A stretch of 64,000 nt of DNA from Longimicrobiales bacterium (GTDB taxonomy: Bacteria > Gemmatimonadota > Gemmatimonadetes > Longimicrobiales > Gaopeijiaceae), in contig CBDFIQ010000001.1 in NCBI GenBank assembly GCA_965248195.1, positions 1,280,001 to 1,344,000 on the forward strand, in the 5' to 3' direction. A program made the position numbers and the translations under genes. Position 1 is the first letter of the stretch. The number at the start of each line of letters is the position of its first letter. The notes under the pieces were generated by a model, which saw only the letters and a program-made list of their open reading frames with translations, had not been told where the DNA came from and did not search any database. Of this stretch, positions 20,000 to 29,051 are shown one piece after another.

Positions 20000-20402
20000 C
20001 AAGGAGGGAGTCCTCCGCTGGACTGGAGAGGGTCTGGCGTTTTCCGGCCGGATCGGATCCGGACCAACGGTAACGATCGACGGTGCTGCGAAGCTCGGCC
20101 CGTCGTCCACCGATTCGCTGCTCCTGGGTCTCATGACATGTATGAGCATCGACGTGCTGATGATTCTTCAGAAGGGACGGGTGACGGTGAACTCCTTCGA
20201 GACTCGAGTAGAGGCCGAGCGGGCTCCCGAGCCCCCGAAGCACTTCACGCGAGTGCGTCTCACGTTCGTACTCGACGGACCCTCGCCGGAGGAACGCCCG
20301 AAGGTGGACCGGGCCATCGAGCTCTCGGGCGAGAAGTACTGCAGCGTTCTCCACTCCCTTCGTTCGGATCTCGACTTCGACACGGTGGTCGAGGGCGTCT
20401 GA
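19956..20402 (+). CDS. OsmC/Ohr family protein (native 5' end at 19684 displaced by the MITE)
   Basis: GP..LLLGL.TC..IDV..IL.KGR and AIELS.EKYCSV two-Cys signature; start codon uncertain. Confidence 0.82.
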   Translation: MASATRPTVPLQQPSKEGVLRWTGEGLAFSGRIGSGPTVTIDGAAKLGPSSTDSLLLGLMTCMSIDVLMILQKGRVTVNSFETRVEAERAPEPPKHFTRVRLTFVLDGPSPEERPKVDRAIELSGEKYCSVLHSLRSDLDFDTVVEGV

Positions 20403-20406
20403 CCGC

Positions 20407-22260
20407 ATGAGTCCGCTCGACCGCGCTTCCAACCCGGCAGATTTACCTTCCGGAACCCTGGTCGAGCTTTTTCTTACGGCCGTGGAAAAACATGGAGGCC
20501 ACCTGGCCTACCGGTATTTTCTTGACGAGGGGAACGGCCTGGTGGACATCACCTTCGACGAGGTCTACGAGGCGGTGTGCGCAGCTGCCGCAGGCCTCCA
20601 GGCGCTGGGCCTGACTCGTGGGGAGAGGGTGGCGATTCTATCGGAGAACTGCCTGGAGTGGGCGCTCGCCGATTTCGCCTGCCTGTGTGCGGGGATCCTC
20701 GACGTGCCGATCTACAGTACGCTGACGGCTCCCCAGGTCGCCTACATCCTGGAGAACTCTCAAGCGCAGCTGGTCTTCGTCTCGGATGCCAGGCAGGCGG
20801 AGAAGGCCCTGGCGGCGAGCCGGGAAATCGGGCGCGACGTCAGGGTGGTGATGTTCGACGCCACCGACCCGCCAGGGGAGGGCGTGCTGGTTTGGCGAGA
20901 TTTCCTGGAACATGGACGGAACGTTGCGGCGGACGGTGATCAGCGCTTCCGGGCCACGGCCCTGGAGGCCGGGCCGGAGGATGTGGCGACGATCCTCTAT
21001 ACGTCGGGGACCACGGGCAAACCCAAAGGGGTGATCCTTACGCACAACAACCTCTCGAGTAACGTGCGGGCGGTGCAGCGGGTTCTGCCGCCCGTATCGG
21101 ATGATACGTCCCTCGTGTTTCTCCCCCTGTCGCACGTGCTCCAGAGGATGGTTTCTTACGTCCACTTCTCCGATGGCTCAACCCAGGTGTTCGCCCATTC
21201 GATCGACACTGTGGCCGAGGACCTCAAAACCGTGCGTCCCAATATTGCCGTCTCGGTCCCACGCCTGTACGAGAAGGTGTTCAACGCGGTCATGGAGGTG
21301 CAGGGCATCAAGAAGAAGCTCGTGCAGTGGGCCCGGGAGGTGGGTGATGCGTGGGCGGACCAAAAGCTGGCGGGGCGGGAGCCATCAGGCGTCCTCAAGT
21401 TGGTGTACGCCGTGGCCGACGCTTTGGTTTTCCGGAAGATTCGATCGGCGATGGGTGGCCGAATTCGGTACTTCGTAAGCGGAGGGGCTCCCCTCTCTCC
21501 GGAGATCAACCGGTTCTTCTTCTCAGCCGGGATCCAGATCTTTGAGGGCTACGGACTCACCGAGACGAGCCCGGTCACCAACCTCAATACGCCGGAGCAC
21601 CTCAGGATTGGGACGGTCGGGAGGCCGGTCCCCGGCACCGAAATCCGAATTGTAGAAACCGGAGAAATCCTGATCCGTGGGCCGCAGGTGATGAAGGGCT
21701 ATTATGAGCTGCCGGAGGCGACAGCGGAGGTCATCGATGCGGAGGGCTGGTTCTCCACCGGGGATGTGGGGGAGATCGATGAGGATGGTTTTCTCAGCAT
21801 CACCGATCGCATCAAGGACATCATTGTTACGGCTGGTGGCAAGAACGTCGCGCCACAACCGATCGAGAACCGATTGAAGGGCGATGATTTTATCGAGCAG
21901 GCGGTCATGCTCGGTGATCGCGAGAGTTTTTGTGTTCTTCTTGTGGTGCCGAGCTTCCCCAACCTCGAGGCCTGGGCGCGAAGGAGCGGGATCGAGGCTC
22001 CGGACCGAAAGGCGTTGCTTGCGTCGAAGCAGGTGCAGGACCAGATGGAGGCAAGGGTAATGGCTCGCCTCGAGGACCTGGCCCGTTATGAGAGGCCCAA
22101 GAAGATCGGCCTGGTTGCGGCTACTTTCACGGTGGAGGGCGGCACGCTTACACCCACTCAAAAGGTCAAGAGAAGGGAGGTGGAGACCCAGTATCGGAAG
22201 CTCATCGACGCCTTCTACCAGAAAGAGAACTTTGACCAGACGGTCTTCGTGGAGGCATGA
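20407..22260 (+). CDS. fadD: Long-chain fatty acid--CoA ligase
   Basis: YTSGTTGKPKG, EGYGLTET, GWFSTGDVG, GGKNVAPQPIE. Confidence 0.93.
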   Translation: MSPLDRASNPADLPSGTLVELFLTAVEKHGGHLAYRYFLDEGNGLVDITFDEVYEAVCAAAAGLQALGLTRGERVAILSENCLEWALADFACLCAGILDVPIYSTLTAPQVAYILENSQAQLVFVSDARQAEKALAASREIGRDVRVVMFDATDPPGEGVLVWRDFLEHGRNVAADGDQRFRATALEAGPEDVATILYTSGTTGKPKGVILTHNNLSSNVRAVQRVLPPVSDDTSLVFLPLSHVLQRMVSYVHFSDGSTQVFAHSIDTVAEDLKTVRPNIAVSVPRLYEKVFNAVMEVQGIKKKLVQWAREVGDAWADQKLAGREPSGVLKLVYAVADALVFRKIRSAMGGRIRYFVSGGAPLSPEINRFFFSAGIQIFEGYGLTETSPVTNLNTPEHLRIGTVGRPVPGTEIRIVETGEILIRGPQVMKGYYELPEATAEVIDAEGWFSTGDVGEIDEDGFLSITDRIKDIIVTAGGKNVAPQPIENRLKGDDFIEQAVMLGDRESFCVLLVVPSFPNLEAWARRSGIEAPDRKALLASKQVQDQMEARVMARLEDLARYERPKKIGLVAATFTVEGGTLTPTQKVKRREVETQYRKLIDAFYQKENFDQTVFVEA

Positions 22261-22607
22261 TGTCAGGCACGGACGTGGTCATCGTCTTCGTGACGGCCCC
22301 GGGGAGGGAGTCGGCGCTCGAGTTGGCTCGCCAGGTCGTTGAGGAGTCACTCGCAGCGTGCGGCAACGTGATACCGAACGTCACGTCGGTCTTCCGATGG
22401 AGGAAAAAAGTTAGGGAGGAGGAGGAGGTTCTGCTTATCTTGAAGACTAGTGCTGGAAAGTGCCCGGCGCTCATCGCCCGGGTCGCGGAGCTTCATGCCT
22501 ACGAGGTCCCCGAGGTGTTGTCTCTTCGCGTCGAAAATGGATTCCGACCGTACCTCGACTGGGTGGGTGAATGCACCTCGATGGAGTCGCTTGATGGCCG
22601 AACATAG
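22257..22607 (+). CDS. cutA: Divalent-cation tolerance protein CutA
   Basis: LAACGN, SVFRW, EVLLILKT, HAYEVPE. Confidence 0.93.
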   Translation: MMSGTDVVIVFVTAPGRESALELARQVVEESLAACGNVIPNVTSVFRWRKKVREEEEVLLILKTSAGKCPALIARVAELHAYEVPEVLSLRVENGFRPYLDWVGECTSMESLDGRT

Positions 22608-23283
22608 TCCGGAGCAGGAACAGCACTCCGAGCCGGAGGGCGTGTCCGAGGCCACAGGTTCCGACCTCCAAGGCGGCAACGCGCTCGCCGGGGCGTTCCG
22701 GAAGTTTCGAGAGGGCCGGGGCCGGGAGGCCGCCAACCTCTACCTCGACATCGTGAAGCCCCGCCAGACACCTGTGATGGCGCATATCGCGCGGGGCTTA
22801 GAGTACGATGAACTCGGTCGCCACGAGTTGGCGATCGAGGAGTTCCTCGCCGCGCATCAGTTGGACCCCAACAACGTCGAGGCTTTATCCTACCTAGCGG
22901 CGACGTACGGGGCGTTGGGCCGGCTCACGAAGGCGGACCGTGCGATCGAACGCGCCATTCGCATTGATCCCGTAAACGTGCAAGCGCGCGTTGGTGAGGC
23001 CATTCTCTCGTACCGAAAGGGCCTTTACAGCGAGGCGGAGGTACAACTTAAGGGAATTTGCGATCGGAACCCCTCACACGGACCGGCTCATTTTTATCGT
23101 GGCGAGGCCCTGAACCGGCTCGGTCGCGTCGATGAAGCGCTGAAAGCCATGGAACGGACCATCCAGCTACAGCCGCGGAACTGGCGTGCCTACCATACGC
23201 TCGGGAAGCTGTTCGACCGCAAGAAGGATCCGGAGCGGGCGTCGGAGATGTACCGGCAAGCGAGAGAGCTGAACCGTCCGTGA
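22594..23283 (+). CDS. Tetratricopeptide repeat protein
   Basis: About five TPR units; ATG 22594 overlaps the cutA end. Confidence 0.85.
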   Translation: MAEHSPEQEQHSEPEGVSEATGSDLQGGNALAGAFRKFREGRGREAANLYLDIVKPRQTPVMAHIARGLEYDELGRHELAIEEFLAAHQLDPNNVEALSYLAATYGALGRLTKADRAIERAIRIDPVNVQARVGEAILSYRKGLYSEAEVQLKGICDRNPSHGPAHFYRGEALNRLGRVDEALKAMERTIQLQPRNWRAYHTLGKLFDRKKDPERASEMYRQARELNRP

Positions 23284-23777
23284 TCGAAGTGCGCCAGGAG
23301 AATCTGGTCACGGCTGACGTCGAGTGTATTCTCCGCTCCGTTGGTTCGAGGCTGGAGCCACTTACCGCGATCGGGAGAGAGGTCGGGGCGGCCGCGGGCG
23401 AGGCGCTGATCGAACGCATCGAGCAGATGGGTGACCTCCCGGTGGGGGGGGCGGTGATCACGCCCGCAGGAGATCTGTCCGCGTCGTTCATCGTCTATGT
23501 GGCCCTGCAATCCCACGAAGAGCCGGTAAGCGCCGGTGGCCTTCGTAAGGCGCTTCTGAACGGACTGAGGCACGCCAGCAGGATGAGCATCGAGACGATG
23601 GCCATGCCACCGCTCGGCACGGGGGCCGGAAATCTCGATGCGGATGTGGCTGCGGACGTGATGTTCGAAGTGCTGCGCGGGCATATGGAGGATGAAGAGT
23701 ACCCGCGCGAGATCACCGTGATGGTTGCCACGGAGTACGAGCTTCAGCTGTTCGCTTCCCGCCTGTCCCAAGTTTAA
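23280..23777 (+). CDS. Macro-domain (ADP-ribose-binding fold) protein
   Basis: GGAVITPAGDL.ASFIVY and SIETMAMPPLGTGAG. Confidence 0.85.
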   Translation: MIEVRQENLVTADVECILRSVGSRLEPLTAIGREVGAAAGEALIERIEQMGDLPVGGAVITPAGDLSASFIVYVALQSHEEPVSAGGLRKALLNGLRHASRMSIETMAMPPLGTGAGNLDADVAADVMFEVLRGHMEDEEYPREITVMVATEYELQLFASRLSQV

Positions 23778-23812
23778 GTACTGATCCCGCGGCGGTTGGA
23801 GTAGTATTAATC

Positions 23813-25369
23813 ATGAGACGGATACACGTGTCGGCCCTGGTTCTCGTGATTTGGTTTGGCATGATCGGATGGCAGGTCCGGCGCGAATACTTTCAGCCCG
23901 AACTCACCCGATTGGCCGAGGCGGCGCTGTCCCTGGCTCCGGGGATCAACTTCTACACGCTTCGCCTCGGCGACCGCACCGTCGGACAGGCCACGTCCCG
24001 CCTGGATACGGTTTCCTCGGGCTTCGAGCTCGAGGACGTGATGATCCTGGATCTGCCGGCGCTGGGTCAGACCGGATCCGCGGTCGTGCGGACGAGGGTC
24101 TCGCTGAGCGCCGCGCTGGTGATGGAGTCCTTTTTCTTTTCCCTCGACTCCGACGTCGGACGCTTCCAGGCCGACGGCGTCTTGGGCGCCGACTCCACGC
24201 TCCACGTTACGATGGATGCCGGGGGATCCGAGCAGGAGGTGTCCTATCGGCTCGCGGAGCCTCCGATTTTCTCAGCCGCGCTGCCCATCCGAATTGCGAT
24301 GGCGGGGGAGCTGAAGGTCGGGAACACGCTCCATCTTCCGGTCTTCGACCCCTCCACGCTCTCCACGAGGGCAGTGGAGATTCGCATCCTGGAGTACGAC
24401 ACCCTCGTGGTCGCCGACAGCGCTTCCTATGACGCCGGGTCGCAGCGATGGTCACCGAGTCGGTACGATTCGATACCGGCTTGGAAAATCGCCGAGATAC
24501 ATGGCGGCGTTCAGGTGGAGAGCTGGGTAGATGAGGATGGGCGGATTCTCCGTGCGTCGAGCGCGCTGGGCTTTACGATGGAGAAAACCGAGTACGAGCT
24601 GGCCCGCCAAGCGCAAGAAGACGCCTCCGGACAGGCCTTGCTGGCCATCGATGAGGATGTGATCCTCTCGACGGCGGTGCGAAGTAACGTCGATCTGGGA
24701 GCCGTCGAGGAGCACGACGTACTGCGCTTCCGGCTGACCGGTGTCGAGCTTTCGGGCTTCCAGCTCGCGGGTGGCCGCCAGACACTCAGCGGTGACACGC
24801 TCACCGTCCGACGCGAAAACTGGGACGCCGTTGAACCCGGCTTTTCCCTCCCATACAAATTGATGGATTTCCGTGAGACGCTCGAGGCGGAGCCGTTGAT
24901 CCAGAGCGACGATCCACGGATCCAGGAAGCAGCGCGCCGGGCCGTGGGGCGTTGGCTACGCAACCCCAAGGAGGCGGCGGGGCGCCTCACGACCCGGGTG
25001 GATCGTATGCTTTCCAAGAGCGTGACGTTCTCCATACCGAGCGCTCTGCAGGTTCTCGACTCGCGGCAGGGCGACTGCAACGAGCACACGGTCTTGTATG
25101 TGGCCATGGCCAGGGCGCTTGGGCTTCCGGCCCGTACCGCGGTGGGCCTCGTCTACCTCGACGGGTCCTTCTTCTATCACGCGTGGCCCGAGGTGTGGCT
25201 TGGGGAGTGGGTGGCGGTTGATCCCACGTTCGGCCAGTACCCTGCGGACGCCGCGCATATCCGATTCGTGGTCGGTGGCCTGGCCCAGCAGGTCGAGATT
25301 ATTCGTCTGATCGGACGGCTCAATATCGAGGTGTTGGAGTCCAACCCGGCCGACGGGGACCGAGCGTGA
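23813..25369 (+). CDS. Membrane-anchored transglutaminase-like (Cys-His-Asp) protein
   Basis: N-terminal TM helix; GDCNEHT, ARALGLPAR, YHAWPEV, WVAVDPT. Confidence 0.88.
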   Translation: MRRIHVSALVLVIWFGMIGWQVRREYFQPELTRLAEAALSLAPGINFYTLRLGDRTVGQATSRLDTVSSGFELEDVMILDLPALGQTGSAVVRTRVSLSAALVMESFFFSLDSDVGRFQADGVLGADSTLHVTMDAGGSEQEVSYRLAEPPIFSAALPIRIAMAGELKVGNTLHLPVFDPSTLSTRAVEIRILEYDTLVVADSASYDAGSQRWSPSRYDSIPAWKIAEIHGGVQVESWVDEDGRILRASSALGFTMEKTEYELARQAQEDASGQALLAIDEDVILSTAVRSNVDLGAVEEHDVLRFRLTGVELSGFQLAGGRQTLSGDTLTVRRENWDAVEPGFSLPYKLMDFRETLEAEPLIQSDDPRIQEAARRAVGRWLRNPKEAAGRLTTRVDRMLSKSVTFSIPSALQVLDSRQGDCNEHTVLYVAMARALGLPARTAVGLVYLDGSFFYHAWPEVWLGEWVAVDPTFGQYPADAAHIRFVVGGLAQQVEIIRLIGRLNIEVLESNPADGDRA

Positions 25370-26226
25370 GGCCGGAGTACGGAATGACCGAGTCGGTCCA
25401 GGAGCAACTGAGGCACCTGATGGACGGCGTCGGTCCAGGAGAGGACGCGACTCCGGACATGCTCGAGCTCGACGGCATCGTGAAGCGCTACGGGGATTTT
25501 GTGGCGGTCGACGGCCTCGATCTCAGGGTGCCTCGGGGTGAGATCTTCGGGTTCCTCGGACCGAACGGCGCCGGCAAGACCACGACCATTCGTATGGTGG
25601 CGGGCGTACTGGAGCCGACCGAGGGCGGCGTCGTGATCGGTGGATACGATCTCGCGACTCATCCTGTGGAGGCGAAGTCCCGGATCGGTTACATCCCGGA
25701 TCGGCCCTTCCTTTACGAAAAGCTTTCGGGTGGAGAGTTCCTTCGTTTTGTCTCAGGGTTATGGGGCAAGGATGAGCCCGACTCGGAAGACCGCGCGGAT
25801 GGCTTGTTGGAGATTTTCAACCTCCTGGAGTGGAAGAACGAGCTCATCGAAACCTACTCACACGGCATGCGCCAGAAGCTTCTCATCACATCCGCTCTGA
25901 TCCACCAGCCCGAACTCATCGTGGTCGATGAGCCGATGGTGGGGCTCGACCCGCGTTCGGCCCGCATTCTCAAGGATCTTTTCCGAGTGTTCGCCGAACG
26001 CGGGGGCACCGTCTTTCTTTCCAGCCACACCCTCGAGGTCGTGGAGGCGGTGTGCGACCGCATCGCCATCATTGCCGAGGGTGCGATCATAGCTCAGGGA
26101 ACGATGGACGACCTCCGGACGCAGGTGGACTCCGGTGGTGCCGATCTGGAGGAGATCTTTCTGCGGGTTACCGGAAACGACGACATGGCCGAGGTGGTGG
26201 CCGGTCTTCAGGAGTCACCCCTATGA
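25366..26226 (+). CDS. ABC transporter ATP-binding protein (ABC-2 type)
   Basis: GPNGAGKTT, YSHGMRQK, VVDEP, SSH. Confidence 0.95.
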   Translation: MRPEYGMTESVQEQLRHLMDGVGPGEDATPDMLELDGIVKRYGDFVAVDGLDLRVPRGEIFGFLGPNGAGKTTTIRMVAGVLEPTEGGVVIGGYDLATHPVEAKSRIGYIPDRPFLYEKLSGGEFLRFVSGLWGKDEPDSEDRADGLLEIFNLLEWKNELIETYSHGMRQKLLITSALIHQPELIVVDEPMVGLDPRSARILKDLFRVFAERGGTVFLSSHTLEVVEAVCDRIAIIAEGAIIAQGTMDDLRTQVDSGGADLEEIFLRVTGNDDMAEVVAGLQESPL

Positions 26227-26257
26227 CGCCGGCGGAGAAGCTCGCTGGGCGGGCCGT

Positions 26258-27952
26258 TTGAACGGCGTCACCCACCCGAGCTCGGGTGTTCTCTGGCTTC
26301 TGGGCCCGAAGGTTCGATCCAAGCTAAACCGGAACAAGACCGACGAAGGCCGCCGCTTCAAGTGGGTCCTTTTGGGATTCGTCGCGATCTTCTTCTGGAC
26401 CTTCATCTTCGGCATCATCTTCCGGATGCTGCTGTACTTCAGGGGCACCCAGGGGATCGGCGACCTGCTAGCGGCCAAGCTGCTGGGAATCGCGCTCCTC
26501 ACGTTCCTTATGATCCTGCTCCTGTCCAACGTCATCACTGCCCTCTCGACCTTCTTCCTCTCCCAGGACATGGAACTCCTCGTAGCGGCTCCGGTGGATT
26601 CGGTGAAGCTGTACGGAGCCCGCTTCGTGGAGACGATCGTGGATTCGTCGTGGATGGTCGCGTTGTTGGCCATCCCGCTCCTGGCTGCTTACGGAGTCGT
26701 CTACGGCGCGAGTTGGCCTTTTTATGGATTGGCCGTAGCCACGATCATTCCGTACCTGGTTGTTCCCGCCGTGGTCGGATCGGCCTTGACGCTGATGCTG
26801 GTCAACGTATTTCCGGCACGGCGCACGCGGGATCTTCTGGCACTAATCGGTCTCTTCGCTGCTGTAGGCGTTGTGGTACTGTTCCGGTTCCTTCGCCCCG
26901 AGCGGCTGGTCCGTCCCGAGGAATTTCGCGATCTCGTGGACTTCATGGCGGTTCTGAGGACTCCGACGTCGCCCTGGCTTCCGAACGAGTGGGCGGCCCA
27001 ATCTCTCATGTCCCAGCTCACCGGAGGTTTCGACCCGTTTCCGTTCGCGCTCCTCTGGAGCACGGCTGCTGCGCTCTTCGTAATTGGGGCATGGCTGCAC
27101 GTTCGACTCTTCCGCACCGGTTTCACCCGTGCTCAGGAGGGGGCGGAGCTCCGAAAGGGAGAGGCACGTTCGAGGAGGTTGGAGCGGCTGGTGCGCGCGG
27201 CTCCGGCCACGCGTCAGCTGGTGGCCAAAGAGATTCGGGTGTTTTTCCGAGACACGACGCAGTGGTCGCAGTTGATTCTGCTAGCGGTCCTCGTGGTGGT
27301 GTACGTGTACAACATCAAGGTGCTACCGCTATACACGGGTGAGGAGGTCTCCTTTTTTCTGATCAACGTCATCTCCTTCCTGAACCTCGGGCTTGCGGGC
27401 TTCGTCGTGGCTGCCATCGCGGCGCGCTTCGTTTTTCCCGGCATGTCGCTCGAAGGGAGGATGATGTGGCTCTTGCGTTCTTCGCCGATGGACATACGCA
27501 CTCTGTTCCTGGCGAAATATTGGGTGGGGACGATACCTCTGCTGTTGATCGCTCTTCCGCTCATCGTCTTCACCAACATCATCCTCCGGGCTTCTCCGCT
27601 GATCCTGGGAATCACCACGGTATCCATGGTCGGCGTGACCCTTGCGATGACGGCGCTGGCGCTGGGCCTGGGTGCCATCTTCCCGAATTTCGAGACCGAT
27701 AACATGGCTGAGATCCCGACGTCTTTCGGGGGACTCATCTTCATGATGTCCGCGGTGACCTATCTCGCTGTGGTGGTCATCCTCCTGGCTTGGCCGGTGA
27801 ACGGATTCTTGCAGGCTCGCCTCGCCGACCCGAGTGGCGAGGCGGGAGTCATACAGCTGGCATTGGGCGTGGCCGGCGCGCTGTCGATCACGGTGGCGTG
27901 TGTGGTGGTCCCGCTTCGGGCGGGGATACGGAGGGTCCGCTCGCTGCAGTAG
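26258..27952 (+). CDS. Putative ABC exporter permease
   Basis: Many TM helices; KEIRVFFRD, SLEGR.MWLLRSSP, AKYW; follows the ATPase. Start uncertain (in-frame TTG 26258 chosen). Confidence 0.85.
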   Translation: MNGVTHPSSGVLWLLGPKVRSKLNRNKTDEGRRFKWVLLGFVAIFFWTFIFGIIFRMLLYFRGTQGIGDLLAAKLLGIALLTFLMILLLSNVITALSTFFLSQDMELLVAAPVDSVKLYGARFVETIVDSSWMVALLAIPLLAAYGVVYGASWPFYGLAVATIIPYLVVPAVVGSALTLMLVNVFPARRTRDLLALIGLFAAVGVVVLFRFLRPERLVRPEEFRDLVDFMAVLRTPTSPWLPNEWAAQSLMSQLTGGFDPFPFALLWSTAAALFVIGAWLHVRLFRTGFTRAQEGAELRKGEARSRRLERLVRAAPATRQLVAKEIRVFFRDTTQWSQLILLAVLVVVYVYNIKVLPLYTGEEVSFFLINVISFLNLGLAGFVVAAIAARFVFPGMSLEGRMMWLLRSSPMDIRTLFLAKYWVGTIPLLLIALPLIVFTNIILRASPLILGITTVSMVGVTLAMTALALGLGAIFPNFETDNMAEIPTSFGGLIFMMSAVTYLAVVVILLAWPVNGFLQARLADPSGEAGVIQLALGVAGALSITVACVVVPLRAGIRRVRSLQ

Positions 27953-27970
27953 CTCGCCGCAGGGCCGAGG

Positions 27971-28007
27971 CCGCAACGCGGCTCACTGTACTCCTTCAAC
28001 AGCCTTC
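27971..28007 (+). repeat. Solo MITE right end
   Basis: 35/37 identical to 19963-19999 and followed by TAG. Confidence 0.85.
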
Positions 28008-28042
28008 TAGCAGAGACTCCCGTACGGCATTAGCATCACCCC

Positions 28043-28528
28043 ATGCTAGATGCCATCAAGTCTTTTTTCAGTGCCACGATGGAGCCGGAGTCACCGGAGC
28101 AGGAGGTGGCGGAGCCGGACGTGCGCCTGGCCGCTTGCGCCCTGCTGATCGAGATCGCGCACGCCGACGACGAATTCACGGAAGACGAGAGTCAGCATCT
28201 CTTGTCGGCTGTACGCCGGCAGTATGGGCTCGACGCGGGAAAGGCCGATAAACTCCTCGAATTGGCCGAGCGGGCTCGCGCGGACGCCGTCGATCTGTGG
28301 CAGTTCACGAAGCTGATCAAACAAAACTACTCCCTCGGCCAGAAGATGGTGCTGGTCGAGGTGATGTGGGGCCTGGTGTATTCGGACGGGGAGCTATCGA
28401 GTCACGAGGAGTCGCTGATGCGCAGGGTGTGCCATCTCCTCGACCTCGCGCCGGGTTACCTCGCCGAAGCTCGAAGAAAAGTGGAGGGCGGAGGGGATGA
28501 GTCCAACCAGGGGCCCGACCCATTGTAG
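28043..28528 (+). CDS. TerB family protein
   Basis: RLAACALLIEIAHADD, DLWQFT, MWGLVYSDGELSSHEE. Confidence 0.88.
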   Translation: MLDAIKSFFSATMEPESPEQEVAEPDVRLAACALLIEIAHADDEFTEDESQHLLSAVRRQYGLDAGKADKLLELAERARADAVDLWQFTKLIKQNYSLGQKMVLVEVMWGLVYSDGELSSHEESLMRRVCHLLDLAPGYLAEARRKVEGGGDESNQGPDPL

Positions 28529-28558
28529 ACCCGACAACCCCAATGCATATTGAGAGCC

Positions 28559-28705
28559 ATGGATCTTCTTCCAGGCGGTTACAACTTTATCCACGTCGTG
28601 TTCTGGGGCGTCATGGCCTTGGTCGCGGTGGGCACCAACGTCGTGGCCATCATTCTCGCAACGGGTCTTGTTTTGCTGTTCCTGGAGTCTGTGGGAAAGG
28701 CCTGA
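28559..28705 (+). CDS. 48-aa hydrophobic small membrane protein (below the ORF-track cutoff)
   Basis: MDLLPGGYNFIHVVFWGVMALVAVGTNVVAIILATGLVLLFLESVGKA*; GAGAG upstream; fills the gap between same-strand genes. Confidence 0.55.
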   Translation: MDLLPGGYNFIHVVFWGVMALVAVGTNVVAIILATGLVLLFLESVGKA

Positions 28706-28756
28706 CGATCCTCGGTGATCGGCTTTCTATAATCCTCTTTCTGTAACCCTCTTTCT

Positions 28757-29005
28757 ATGATCCTCGTTCTGAAGATCCTCGGCGGCCTTGGTGCTGTCGC
28801 ACTCGGCATCTTTCTCGGGGCCGGCCGCTACACACAAACCCAGAAGGAGATCGAGGTGCGCCTCGGTGGCGGAATACCACGGAAGCCCAAGCGTCACTTC
28901 ATGTGGCTCGATCTTCTCAAGGCGCATGAGCGGGGGTCCGAACGCCGGCGCACCAGAGCGCACTTCAAGACGGCGGTGGCCCGCGACAAGAAGGATCGGG
29001 ACTAA
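28757..29005 (+). CDS. Small membrane-anchored basic hypothetical protein
   Basis: N-terminal TM helix followed by an Arg/Lys-rich tail. Confidence 0.6.
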   Translation: MILVLKILGGLGAVALGIFLGAGRYTQTQKEIEVRLGGGIPRKPKRHFMWLDLLKAHERGSERRRTRAHFKTAVARDKKDRD

Positions 29006-29051
29006 GGCGGCCAGGCGTTCAGCCAGAATCTGCTTCAGCCCAGAATCCGGT

